64,000 nucleotides of DNA from Macrostomum lignano (lineage: Eukaryota), in assembly GCA_002269645.1 (NCBI GenBank), contig NIVC01000255.1, positions 186,001 to 250,000 on the forward strand. The letters run 5' to 3'. The position numbers were made by a program, and so were the translations under genes. The stretch's first letter is position 1; each line of letters opens with the position of its first letter. The notes beneath the pieces are model-generated. The model did no database searches. It saw only the letters and a program-made list of their open reading frames with translations, and was not told the origin of the DNA. Shown here one piece after another: positions 38,369 through 50,537 of this stretch.

Positions 38369-39916
38369 ATGATATTTTCTGGAACACCCTCATGGAACGG
38401 AACATCAAGTACTGGTGGTGGTACATCTGGCGGAATCAGTGTTACATTCGGAGATAACCGATATATTAATGAAGATGAAGGTTATAAAAAAACTGAAATT
38501 GATACTAAACTAAATTTAAAACGGAATGTTGCAGATTCCTATACCAAAACGCAAATCGACGATTCATTAAATCTGAAAAGAAAAATTAGTGATTCCTATA
38601 GCAAAACAGAAATTGATAATTCTTAAAATTTGAAACGCAATACTGCGGATTCCTATACCAAAACCGAAGTTGATAATTCCTTAAATTTGAAAAGAGATAT
38701 ATCTGATTCCTATAACAAAACGGAAATTGATAATTCATTAAATTTGAAAAGAGATATATCTGATTCTTATACCAAAACCGAAGTTGATAATTCCCTAAAT
38801 TTGAAAAGAGATATAACTGATTCATATGCAAAAACAGAGGTTGATAATTTGGTAAACACATCCAGCGGTTATACAAAAACAGAGGCCGACTATTTATTAA
38901 ATAAGAAACAGAATCGATTTAATTTGACAGAAAGCGGTCACATACCAACTATGGCGGCTTGGAGTGGAAATGGTTTTGCAATTACAGCCAGATCAGAATT
39001 TAATACAACTGATTTTGCAAGTTGAAAAGCCTTTGATGGTAATGATTCAACAGAATGGGCTACGGCTGGAGTTCAAACCGACTACTGGATAAAAGTTCAA
39101 TGTCCATCTGCAATAATGTGTAACAAAATTGATTTGCATGGTAGACCATCGCCTTCAACCGAACACCCCGCATCATGGCGATTTGAAGCCAGCAATGATA
39201 ATACAACGTGGGATGTTTTAATTCCAACAGAAAATACCGCATTAACTAACTCAACTCAAACGTTTAATGTTACACAAAATTTTGATAAAGAATATACTTA
39301 TTTCAGATTATTTTGTCTTACTTCAACCTCGGGTGCTACCAACCAAGGACTGTCAACATTTCAGATTTATAGACATACTTCAGCAGTTCTTAAACTGAAT
39401 TTAGGAATAATTTATCAAGTAATTGATATGGGTGGAAATGCTATTACCAACCTACTAACTCCAACTAATGATAGCGACGCTGTTACCAAGTTTCAATTTG
39501 ATCGATTAAAAAATGTTAATGGCCACATTCCGACTTTATTTGATAATAATGATCCCACATATCTTATAACAACATCATCAAATTTTACGGGATATGAAGG
39601 ATTTAGGGTGTTTAATCAGAATTTTGCATCGGATAATGAATGGGCAACAAACGGCCAAACAACAAACTTTTGGTTAAGAATTGAACTTCCTATCGCAGTA
39701 AGAATTTGGAGGTTTTCTTTAGTTGGTATATTGAGTGGGGAAAACCCAAATGATATTATTTTTCAAGGAAGTAATGATGGGTCTAATTGGACTGATTTAC
39801 TATCAACTACTGCCGGTTTAGTTGGAACCTCAATTAAATTTTTAATTTACCTTATACTACAACAGCGTATCGTTTCTATCGTTTCTATCATATTTTCAGA
39901 TTTATACATATTTTGA
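38369..39916 (+). pseudogene. Fiber/receptor-binding protein: 8 x YxKTE(I/V)D repeats (19-aa period), then F5/8C-like domain, DMGGN.I.NL..P...DA.TK stalk motif and a second F5/8C-like domain; two in-frame stops
   Basis: The three listed ORFs share one frame, broken by TAA (38624) and TGA (39023). The motifs AFDG...EWAT...YWI, WRFEASND..TW, Y.YFRL occur twice. Confidence 0.75.
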
Positions 39917-39926
39917 AGTATAAAAA

Positions 39927-40385
39927 ATGAAGGAAACTATTGATATTATTGAAGATATTTTGGTATACTTTGAGGAAGAGAATACAAATCATAAATATAT
40001 GTTTAAAAGTAAATTGGAAGATTATTTAAGAGTTTTAAACGATATAAAAAATGCCAACCCACCTGGTAAAAAGGGTTTATATTTTGGTTTTTCTGAACCA
40101 ATTGAAGATGTAAGGAAAATTGTAAGAATTATTGTGATGAGTCACACTTCAATTTCTCAATTAGAACTTTTTAGGAGTTATGCAGCGGGTGAAAATAGCG
40201 AAAAAAGAAGATCAAGATATGAGTTTTGGTATGAGGATTACAAAGGAGCATGTGAAAGAATATTAGAGTTTCAGAAAAAATATAAAACAACTGCTGAACA
40301 TGATTTAATGATTGAGCGATATTTCACCATGTTTTATATTGGACTTGATTTTTCCATCCCAAAAAAATTTATTAGAAATTACTAA
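39927..40385 (+). CDS. Hypothetical viral protein, 152 aa
   Basis: AT-rich ORF with tataaaaaATG context inside the viral gene run. Confidence 0.5.
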   Translation: MKETIDIIEDILVYFEEENTNHKYMFKSKLEDYLRVLNDIKNANPPGKKGLYFGFSEPIEDVRKIVRIIVMSHTSISQLELFRSYAAGENSEKRRSRYEFWYEDYKGACERILEFQKKYKTTAEHDLMIERYFTMFYIGLDFSIPKKFIRNY

Positions 40386-40744
40386 GCTTGACCAACGAGA
40401 AGACAGTGAAGATAAATCACATTTTGTTTTTAATGTGGATAAAGATTTTAAAAACCATAAGAGACGAGGAGATCGAACCGAAGGTTCACGTGCTTTGCAC
40501 GAACGCAGTCGACGCGACTAAAAATATTTATATATAAAATGGCTTTTAGTAGAACTCCATCGATGCGAGAAAATAACAACATTACTATTCCGATTCCTAA
40601 ACAAGAACCGATTATAAAAACATTCAAATCTCATATCAAATTTTATTTAGCACTGTAAATGTCCAGGCTAATAAAAAGCTTAAAGAATTAATTAAATTAA
40701 AAAAACCATATTATACTTCAAGAGTTTTGGAAGGTTGGATTTAA

Positions 40745-41446
40745 ATGGGAGAAAAAAGAAAGAATCACTCCAATCCAATACTTATTGAGCCTGGGGAAGA
40801 TTCCCAAAGAGCGTGGGGAGTTCATTTTGGTGTTATTAAAAATAGACGAAAATGTCGGGTGTCTGAAGCGGATAGAAAAGAGCGCTCTTTGTTCGACCAA
40901 CGCAAGGGGCGCATGTTAAGTAATGTTGATCGAATAAATTATGATTATGATTTATATAGTAAAAAAGTAAGAAGGGTTTCAAACCATATCAGAAATATGG
41001 ATTTTTTTCAATATTGGATTTGGAAGCTTATCGATGTTATATGTAATTTTTTAGGTATTTTACAGTCTGTTCCAACTCTTAATTTATCTCAATTAATTTT
41101 AGGTATTTTAATTGGCTCAATATCAGGTTTTGAATTAATCAGAAACTTATCAATTCTTTTGGCAATTAAATTATATCTTAAAAAACGAAAGGAAAAGTAT
41201 AAATCGTTAAGAGACGTTGCCAAACAATATAAAAATCAGTTATATTTATATGTGCAAAAAATTCTAGATGATGGAGAGATAACAATTCATGAGTTATCAA
41301 CGGCGGTTGAATTATATGAAAAATATTTAAAAGATAGAAATAGGATTTTGGATGTTGAAACTTTTGCCGATATTGAATTGAAAGAATTACGTTTTGGACA
41401 AACCCAAACCCCCGCCTATAGAAACATTAGCTATTTACGAGCCTGA
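40745..41446 (+). CDS. Predicted membrane protein resembling small Polinton TM proteins
   Basis: Hydrophobic stretch followed by K.KY......K.......ILDDGEIT..E....E.Y..Y.K. Confidence 0.5.
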   Translation: MGEKRKNHSNPILIEPGEDSQRAWGVHFGVIKNRRKCRVSEADRKERSLFDQRKGRMLSNVDRINYDYDLYSKKVRRVSNHIRNMDFFQYWIWKLIDVICNFLGILQSVPTLNLSQLILGILIGSISGFELIRNLSILLAIKLYLKKRKEKYKSLRDVAKQYKNQLYLYVQKILDDGEITIHELSTAVELYEKYLKDRNRILDVETFADIELKELRFGQTQTPAYRNISYLRA

Positions 41447-41477
41447 AACTCTAGCAACTGGTGTCCAAAGCCCGCGG

Positions 41478-41882
41478 TCAGGTAGTACTGTGGAACTTCA
41501 TGTTGTTTAGTTTTTCTAAGGCATAAGTTATATATTCTTCCCAAAGTGGTAACTCTCTTGTAATCCTAGGTTTAAACTTTTTATCAATACATAAAAATTC
41601 CAATGACCTTTTAAATAACATTTCGTTAGGTATGTTGCCTATCCTCAAAAACTTTGTTTTCTCTCGCATAAGAAAATTGAAAAAATATCCAACTAAAATT
41701 AAAATCCTTTCGGAGTCTTTCGAACTTAATCCCTTTCCTTTATTTAAACGGAAAAAGTTATTATATAAATAAACATTATTTCCGGGAATTAAAATTGGGT
41801 GGGAAATATCCCTTGTAAGATTTCTTGAAATTGTGTTTTTAAAATAGTAATATAAGTTTTCAATCTTTTTTGTTTTTTTCAA
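41478..41882 (-). CDS. Hypothetical viral protein, about 134 aa
   Basis: AT-rich ORF convergent with 40745-41446; start uncertain. Confidence 0.3.
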   Translation of the reverse strand: MKKTKKIENLYYYFKNTISRNLTRDISHPILIPGNNVYLYNNFFRLNKGKGLSSKDSERILILVGYFFNFLMREKTKFLRIGNIPNEMLFKRSLEFLCIDKKFKPRITRELPLWEEYITYALEKLNNMKFHSTT

Positions 41883-42209
41883 ATTGATATATCTTTGAAC
41901 ATGAATAACACATGTGATATATATCTCCGTTTGCTGTTTGACCTCTTTGCATAGTCACATTACATTTTTTACATTCGTAAATGTCTTTCATTTTTTATTA
42001 CTTTTTTAGACTAAAAATGGAACATTGGTTCAAAACCGATTCTAATGTGATTAATTTTCTCACACCCAATATGTTGGAGAATAAAGAGTATGATATTATA
42101 TGTTTGCTAGGTTAGGTTAAATAGGTTAAATTTATTGGAATTCAATCGATATTTTTACAATTGGATGGCATCAAGTCCTATGCTTAAGTGGGAATGATGT
42201 TAATAAATC

Positions 42210-43596
42210 GTCGCCATTCCAAAGCGTCGCCATTCCAAAGAAGCCGGGCACCACCAAGCTCGAGGAGCATCGAGGCATCTGCCTACAGTCCTGCGCCGCG
42301 AAGCTGTTCAACCGCATGCTGCTATCGCGGTTACAGCCTGTGCTGGACCCGTACCTGCGGCCTGAGCAGAACGGATTCCGGCCCCATCGCGGCACAGTGA
42401 CGCAGATCCTGGCTCTTCGGCGAGTCATCGAGGAGGCGCGCATCCGCCAGTTGACCCTGATCCTGATCTTCGTCGATTTCAGGAAGGCCTTCGACTCGGT
42501 CGTGAGGGACGCGCTCCCAGAGGTGCTCCGTGCGTACAACGTGCCAGAGCTGCTGATTTCTGCTGTCATGGCGCTGTACCACGGCACGACGGCTGCTGTC
42601 TCAACACCGGACGGCCTATCGGATTTCTTCGAGACATCCTCCGGGGTGCTCCAGGGAGATATGCTAGCGCCGTTCCTATTTATTCTGGTGCTTGACTGGG
42701 TGCTACGGACTGCTCTGCCTTCCAACGACGACGGCTTCCTGCTGCGGCGACGCGTGGGTCGACGCCAACCGGAGAGACGGCTCAGCGTGCTTGGCTACGC
42801 CGATGACCTCGCCCTGCTGTCCTCGACCGTCGAGGGCGCCCAACGACAGCTGGATAGGCTGGTTGCCGTTGCGGCGAGCGTCGGCCTGGTGGTCAACACG
42901 CAGAAGACCGTCGTGCTATGCATGCCGGACGACACCGAGGCTGCAATCTTCTGCCGAGGCGCTGACGGACAGGCGAGTGAGCTTCCAAGATGTCAGCAGT
43001 TCGTCTACCTCGGCGGTCTGGTTCCCGACGTTCGCGAGGATCTGCGGCGTCGCCGAGGACTTGCCTGGGCTGCCTTTCGTTCTATAAGGTCAGTCCTGCA
43101 GTCCGAGGCCCTACCGGACCGCCAGAGGGCGGCGCTGTTCCAGGCGGTGATCGAAACCGTCCTGTTATACAACGCCGAGACCTGGACGCTGACAGACTCG
43201 CTCGAGGCTCAAGTCGACGCGGCGCACGCTGGCCTGCTGCGCGCCGCCTTCAAGATCGGCAACGAGCGAGTCACCAACACGGCGCTCTACCATCGCGCCG
43301 GCCTGGCCCGTCCTAGCGATCTGCTGCGCCGTCGGCGACTCCAGCTGGCAGGCCACGTCATCCGCGCCGAGGCCTACTGTCCGGAGCCGGTGCAGGAGGT
43401 GCTGCTACTTACGTTGCAGGCACCCTACCGGCGGGGACAAGCGAGGACACGGCGCTACGTCGACTGTCTGCTGGCTGACGCCGGCGCCCCGGACTCTGCC
43501 GGCGATGCAGCCTTTGTTCGCGCCCAAGCTTCGAAGCGTGCCATCTGACGTTGCTTTTTACGACCCGGCAGCGTACTCTGTTGTTGTTGTTGTTGT
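42210..43596 (+). mobile_element. 5'-truncated RTE LINE (RT C-terminal half) with (TGT)n tail
   Basis: ORF 42316-43548: EQNGFRPHR, VDFRKAFD, YADDL, YLG, LLYNAETW. (tgt)6 tail. Probable TSD TGATGTTAA (42195-42203 / 43597-43605). 15-bp duplication at the 5' junction. Confidence 0.92.
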
Positions 43597-43780
43597 TGAT
43601 GTTAAATATTTTCCAGTTTTAGTTATTAATAAACCAAAAACTTTTATTATAAAATACAGTCTGGATAGTGGGTTGCAATGTAAATTAAAACAAACAAAAA
43701 ATAAAAAGAGTGACAGGACTGTAAAGTTGAATTCCGTTTGGGAGGACGACGAAGACGATGACTAAATTTTTTATAAGAAA

Positions 43781-44012
43781 ATGGAGACACTAAAAATCCT
43801 CGTTACAAAAGAACGCGAACTTAATGATATTGATAAAAAATTAAATAAAATAAAAAATCTTCAATATGATGACATTTTTCCCATCCGATACGACTTAGAA
43901 AAAAGAAAGCGTTTTATAGTATCTGCAATTGCTTATGCTGAAACAGTAATTGAAATTGAACTTGATAGGTTGGTTAGACGAATAAAAGTACTTAGGAAAA
44001 AAGTAAAAGATT
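43781..44012 (+). pseudogene. Small viral ORF split by the Gypsy; continues at 56947 (KVKD|CLSYPADCEDNWCSIKYEIEM...)
   Basis: The frame stays open after removing 44013-56946. Confidence 0.6.
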
Positions 44013-44433
44013 TGTAACGGTTTGGAAATTCTGTAATTCAAATCTAGTTTATTAACATGGTGTATTTTAACTTTATTCAAATCCTTAGCTGTTTAGATTA
44101 CGTGCGTAATTATTCTAGGGTTTTAATATTACGTATTTTGTTAATTTGGTTTCCGTTTCCAAGAAATGCGACTCATAATTTTAACATGTAAGTTCTAGTC
44201 TTTTTCTGTAAGCGTGTGGCAGCCTGGGACGTAGATCAACCTAGCATGTACGTGAGATACAATAATTATAATCAGAGCCGATCACCAGTGTACGCATTCA
44301 TACTAAGACAGTAAGATTTCTTATGCTCCGAGTATAGTAAATCGTCCAGGACTGACAGACGTATCTGCTGAACCATATACGTTGCTAATACTCTCTCTTC
44401 GCTAGTAATATTAAATATACCGGACTCGTTACA
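44013..44433 (+). repeat. Gypsy 5' LTR
   Basis: TGTAAC...GTTACA, repeated at 55984-56942. Confidence 0.95.
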
Positions 44434-45063
44434 TCAATTTGGAGGTCCCACCACCGAACTCTTCATATCAGTCATCATCATCAGGCGTCCGTCAGCATTC
44501 AGGCTCCCATCCTCATCAGGCACTGTGACACGAGAATTTTGGCCGGGTACACAATAGCCATCTGCAACCGCAACCAGGTCCTACACTACAGTATTGCGGC
44601 GAGGCTGAGGCAGAAAATTTCGTTTCAACTTGTCTAAAACCGCGTGAGTCAGCTCTACATCTAGACCCAAGGCCAAGCGAAAACAGTCAATACGCTCGTA
44701 GCTACGGCGCGTCAAAACCCCAGCCGGTCAACTCAGCGTAAACAACACTCAACTGTTCTGAGGTCCGTCTAAGCTGCCGACTGAACCGCGAGACCACCAC
44801 CCCAGCGGCAGCCACCCCTAAAGGCCACAGCCAATCCGGTCCAAGCGGCAGTACGGCAGGACGGCAGTCTGTACATTGTACTCCACGGCAAATAACCTCC
44901 AAGAGTTTCATCACAGTTGTGAGTGTGGTTGCTTCATTTTGGGCTGTTTAGCTGAGCTTACCTGGCTGTTCAAAGGTGTGTACGCGTGTAGGTTTTTTTC
45001 TTCCTTTCCTCTCTGTAATCTTAGTCTTCACTTTGCACTGGCACACCTCTTTTTTCTCTCAAT

Positions 45064-48000
45064 ATGTCTGTAGAGCAATCAGCCATTGGAACTCAAGGCG
45101 CACCTCTGTTGGGTGAACCCATTAAGCTGCCTGAGACTGAGAAGGCTCAAAATGAAGCCGAGTTAAATCAAATTGCTACTGAGAGTAGCGTGGGTGCTAT
45201 TTTAGGAAGTCTTGACAGAACGCTGGGCAACTTGGATGCTAAGCTTGACTATGCGAGAGTGCCTGAGGCAAAGCTGAAAGCCCCACCTTGCTACCACCCT
45301 AAAATCAGATTTGAGCTCTGGGAGACACAACTCCGGGCCTATTTAAACGTTAACAGAGTTCAGCGGGAGCACTGTTGCGGTGTTCTTTTCTCTCTACTAT
45401 CGCCAGAAGTCCAAGAGTTTTACTACAATAGCAAACTACAGGATCTAGCGTTTCCAGCAGCATTAGAAGCTCTCCGCGAGCGGTACACGGACTCTAGCAG
45501 TGCCGATAAATTTTACATTGAGCTGACAGTTGCCCACCAAGCTGATGGCGAAGGAATTCAAGAATTCTGTGACCGTCTTGTAGCCCTAGCCACCGCAGCT
45601 AAAATTTCTGCTCCACACAGCGATCCATTGGTTCGGTCACGTTTTTGTTATGGAGTTCTAGACAAAAATCTAGCTGAGAAACTAATTACAATGACCCAGG
45701 AGTCACCCAAAGCAACCCTTCAAGACCTCCTGAAGAAAGCCAAAAGTTTTCTAGACATTCAGAAGCTGCTGAAACCGACTGAGACAAGCAAGATCCGGCA
45801 GTTAGAAGTAGACGAGATAAGCCGACTCAAAAACAGGATCCAAGAACTTGAGACAGAAGCCAAGCAGAGGGGCAAGTTCGAACACGAATTTAATAGCCAG
45901 CCTACTGGGGGATTTAGACCACAGGCTTTGCACACTGCCACTGATAAACCACCGAGGTACAATGCGCCTATCACGGGCAGGCACGCAGGCAAGCGGCACT
46001 GCTTCAGGTGCGGTTCAGCTGACCACCTGGTAGCAGAGTGCCCTGGCTCAGGTGCACCTGAAAACGGTAAATTTTCATGGCGCCACCCGAGGCAGCCCAC
46101 ACAGAAAGGCTCAGCTAAAGTGGAAAAAGAGCTGGGTAGAATTTCCTACTGGTCAAATGCCTACGGATTCATCCAGTCTCTGCCTCTGGGAGATTCTGTT
46201 TTCGTACACTTCTCGCAGCTCAGCAGCGAGTTAAAGGATCTTGTCCCCGCCCATCAGATTGTCGGAGCGCCCGTAGAGTTTATCCGGCTAGCCGACAAGG
46301 GCAAGAAAAACGACCGTGCTGTTGATGTTGTGTGTAGTAACCAGGATGTCCGGTGCAGCCAAACCGTGTCTAGGGCAGAATCCTCCAGCTCCGGGTACTA
46401 CCTGCAGGCCACTGTGGGAGACATTAAGCTGATTGGGTGTCTAGATAGTGGTTCAAATGCGTCCATCATCAGCCCAGAAATTCGGGACAAACTGTTAGCA
46501 GCCGATCCTATCAATAATCGCTTCACGGCCGCAACTACAGTGCAGTCAGCTTCGGGATTCAATGGTGCCTCCAGCCGAATCCTTGGCAAGTTAGTTTGCG
46601 AGGTTCAAGTAGCGAATGAGACAAAGCCGCACGTTTTCCTAGTCATAGAACACTCGATCTCCGACACTCTCTTTGGGATCGACTTCATGCGGAATTTCCA
46701 GATTAATTTATTGGTGGCAGAGGGTCGAGCGACGGCTGGAGGTGAGCTTATTCCTGTCATCGAAGGGGACAGTAGCATCTTCCAAGTCAAGAGAGTGCTG
46801 GCGGCTTGCAATGTCGAACTCCCGCCCAGGTCGGAGACTCTAATCCCTGGGAGGGTGATAGACAGTCAGCCTAACACCTGCGGCTCCGTGGGTGGCAAGA
46901 TTTTTGCGAACGACTCGAGCCTCTTAATAGCACACTCGGTAGACCAAGTAAACAGTTCCAATCACATCTTGCTGCGGGTCTTAAACACCAGTGAAGAACC
47001 AGTATCACTCAGAAGAGAAGATGAAATGGGATCCTTCCAGCAGTTGGGGCCAAACGAGACAATCAGTAAAACTTCAATTTCTGAAAAAGACTTTAAAATC
47101 GAAAACACTGATCAGCTCCTTAGAAAACTCAATCAGCTGCCTAGTCCAGATGAAGGTACAGCGAAGTGGCTATCAAACCAGTTTCGCCTAACGGAGTCCA
47201 AACTCAGCGAGGAACAGTTGGGAACTACACTGAAAATGCTTAACTATTTCTTAAGTCAAATCTCTCGTAGTGAGCACGATATCTCTAGAACCCAATTGCA
47301 TGAACTAGCTATCGAACTGAAAGACCCTAGCTGTAGGCCGATCACGCAGCCATCACGCCGCACCACCCCGGCTCAAAAAGATTTCCTTGACAAATATATA
47401 GAACAGCTAGTGGAGCAGGGCATAGTAGAAGAGTGTGATTCCGAGTGGGCCTCACCAATTGTCTTAGTCAAAAAGAAGGACCAGTCTTACAGAATGTGTG
47501 TTGACTACAGAGCGGTCAACAAGCTAATAAAGCCGTGTAGCTTTCCGCTCCCATTAATGGATGAAACGTTTGATAGCCTTGCCGACTCTACCATCTTTTC
47601 AACACTAGATTTAACAAGTGCATACTGGCAGGTAGGAATTAGAGAGCAAGACCGAGACATTACGGCTTTTTCTTGCCCCCAGGGCACATTCCGTTGGCGA
47701 GTTGTGCCATACGGTATCAAAACGGCACCATCTAACTTTGCTAAGCTGATGCACCGTGTGCTCAAACCCTTGCTGATGAGAGTTAGCCTCGTCTATCTTG
47801 ACGACGTCATTATCAAAGCTCGAACTAGTAGCGAAATGATAACAAACCTAGCGCTGGTGTTTTGGCAACTACAAAAGGCAAACCTAAAAATTAAGCCAGC
47901 TAAATGCGAGCTCTTCAGGGAAAAACTAAAGTTTTTAGGATTTGTAGTATCGGCGGATGGAATCGAGACGGACCCCAGCAAAACAGAGGCCGTCCAGAGT

Positions 48001-50537
48001 TGGTGTAGGCCAAAGACAGGGAAACAACTCTTGTCATTCTTAAATTTTGCCAACTATTACCGTAAATTTGTGCCAAAATTCTCGATCATAGCAGCTCCAC
48101 TGTACGCTATCGCTAACTCCGATAGGTTTCACTGGGAAGAAAAGCACGAAGAAGCTTTCAAACAGTTGAAGGACAGTCTCTGCAATCCTCCAACTCTGGC
48201 GTACCCGGATATGCGTCCAGAAGCCGGCCCCTTCGTGCTAGACTGTGACAGCTCTGGCCTGGGGGTGGGAGGAGTCCTGTCCCAGGTTGGCAAAGCTGGT
48301 AAAGAGCATGTGATAGCATTCGCTTCGAAGAAGTTCAACAATGCACAAAGAAATTATTGTGCAACAATGCGCGAGCTGCTCGGTTTGATTATCATGCTAG
48401 AGCAGTTCCGCACTTACCTCTTAGACAGGCCTTTCGTCGTCCGAACTGACGCCGTGGCGCTTAAATGGCTTCATTCCAAAAAACACGCTACGGGAATGCT
48501 AGCCCAGTGGCTTGTGATCCTAGAGCCTTACAACTTTAGCGTTGAGCAGACGCCGCTGGAACGCTTGGCAGACTTTGACTTCTCCGTGGAACATAGGCCT
48601 GGGGAGAGCCACATTAATGCCGACATTCTCAGTCGCAATCCCAAATTCCGTCCGGACCATTTCGACTGCCCATCTTGCTCTCGTATTCCAGAGTTTCAGG
48701 CCAGGTTCGGATGCCAAAGTAGCGCCGTTAGAGCCGTTAAAATAGGCTGTGCTAAATTGGAAAAGCACGAGGCTTCGACTCAAACCGAAGGTACACACTT
48801 TTTAGATCAACCAACCATGTGTGAACCCACTAGGAATGATGACCACGGCAATGAGAGCCGGCTTGATAGTTGTCACTCAGTTAGCCAAGCGATCCAGACT
48901 GATCCATCAGGCACAAACCAGAAAGAAACCTCTGAAGATAGCAAAATTCAAGTGACAAAACCTAAGGTTCAGGTGGCTAAAATTGCAACTAATTCTAACA
49001 ATGACCAAAGTGCGAAGAGTGACAGAACGAGCGGTAGTCATTCCTTCCACATTGGAACCAGCCTAGCGAATCAAGCCGCTGATGATGCAATCGAATTAAG
49101 CCTACCAGAGAGTGAGGCTGATGAGAGAGTAGATGTGGATTGGGTGACGCTGGCACAAGAGTCAAACGTAGATCTGCTGAGAATCAAGCAATCCGTAGCT
49201 GGCTCCGAACCGAAACTTAGCAAACAGGATATTCAAGATTGCAGTCGAGAAATTAAAACTCTCTGGGCTCTGTATAACGAACTGTCAGTTGAAAATGGCT
49301 TGCTCTACCGCACAAAGCCAGCGAGGAAGGGCAAACCGAGTGTTAAGCAGTTGATAATTCCCTCGTCTGCAAATTTAGATGAACTAGTAATCAAGTACCA
49401 TAGAGCGTGCAACCATTCAGGAGCCAATAAAACCACGGCGGCATTGAAGGCACGTTTCTTGATCTTTGATCTGGAAACTTACGTAAGAGGTATCGTTGCC
49501 GAATGCGAAACTTGCGCCAGAGTTAAGAAAGGTACAAAGAAGATTAGAGCCCCCCTGCAGCCTACCTTGGCAGGGTATCCCAATCAGGTGGTACACGTTG
49601 ACCATTGTGGACCTTTTCCTGAATCTAATGGTATGCGGTATCTTCTGGTGCTGATTGATCGTTTCACCAGCTTCGTCGAGATTGTCCCGGTGCCTGATGT
49701 CTCAGCAGGAACTACGGCGCTAGCCATCCTCACTGAATGGGTGGTAAGGTATGGGACGATGGAACAGATTGTCTCAGATAACGGCACTGCATTCATTAAC
49801 GCTACGGTTGCCGAGTTGACTCGAATACTCGAAATCGACATGGTTAGAATCACAGCGAGAAGACCACAGGCCAATGGCAAGGCCGAACGAGCTATCCAAA
49901 CGATCAAAACCAAAGTTCGGGCAGTGTGTGCTGATCGTAGAATAGGGTGGCCTTTGGCTGCTAAGCTTGTGGGGTTGTCGATCCGGACGACCGAATCCGA
50001 GTCTACCGGCTTCACGCCAGCAAAGTTGTTCTTCGGAGAGAACTCGACATCCCCTTGGACCTCCAGTACAACCCACCACCAAGAGAATACTATGATCCGG
50101 AATCTTACGCACACACCCTGCACAAAGCCCTGGTCGAAACATCGGCTACGGCTCGCGCTTTGCGGGGAAAGGCCCAGAGAAGACAAAAGCGCTACTATGA
50201 CAGAGCCGTTTTTAAACCTAACTTTGAAGTAGGTGAGCTGGTCTGGGTTCGAAACCCGGATCACAGAGGCCTTGACCCAGCAGTTTGGTTGGGACCATAC
50301 CGCGTAGTTCAGCAAATATCCGAGCGCAACTATCGGCTCCTGCCCGAATTTATTAGAGAAAATCCATTCATTCGAACTCCTAACCCGAGCCACAACATTT
50401 ATAATGTAGACAGAATCAAAAAATGCATACGCAAGCCGAACTATCAAGACACCATTGACCGTTTCGGTCTAAAAATAACTGCACGGTTGCCGGAATCTCG
50501 TGTGGGAAACACGGACTACTTAAGTAGAAGGACGTAA
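45064..50537 (+). CDS. Gypsy gag-pol: gag, CCHC knuckle, cold-shock domain, protease, RT, RNase H, integrase; frameshift near 50040
   Basis: CFRCGSADHLVAEC; LDSGSNASII; RMCVDYR, LDLTSAYWQ, VPYG, YLDDVII; DCDSS..GVG, RELL, RTD, NAD.LSR; H..H/C..C, VDHCGPF, VSDNG, NGKAER. The integrase C-terminus continues in the 50055-50537 frame. Confidence 0.93.
46129..46335 (+). other. Cold-shock (CSD/OB-fold) domain within Gypsy gag-pol
   Basis: ELGRISYWSNAYGFIQSLPLGDSVFVHFSQL...GAPVEF...KGK..RAVDV: RNP1 YGFI and RNP2 VFVHFS, with spacing as in CspA/Y-box CSDs. Confidence 0.85.

Noticed and set aside
38485-38900. CRISPR-like or regularly spaced repeats
   Set aside because: These are in-frame 57-bp coding repeats without unique spacers, in eukaryotic context with no cas genes.
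37370-39025. TGA at conserved Trp positions (protease HW, fiber SWKAFDG) suggesting TGA=Trp recoding
   Set aside because: Other Trp codons in the element are TGG, TGG>TGA is a single transition, and TAA stops and frameshifts also occur, so this is ordinary decay.
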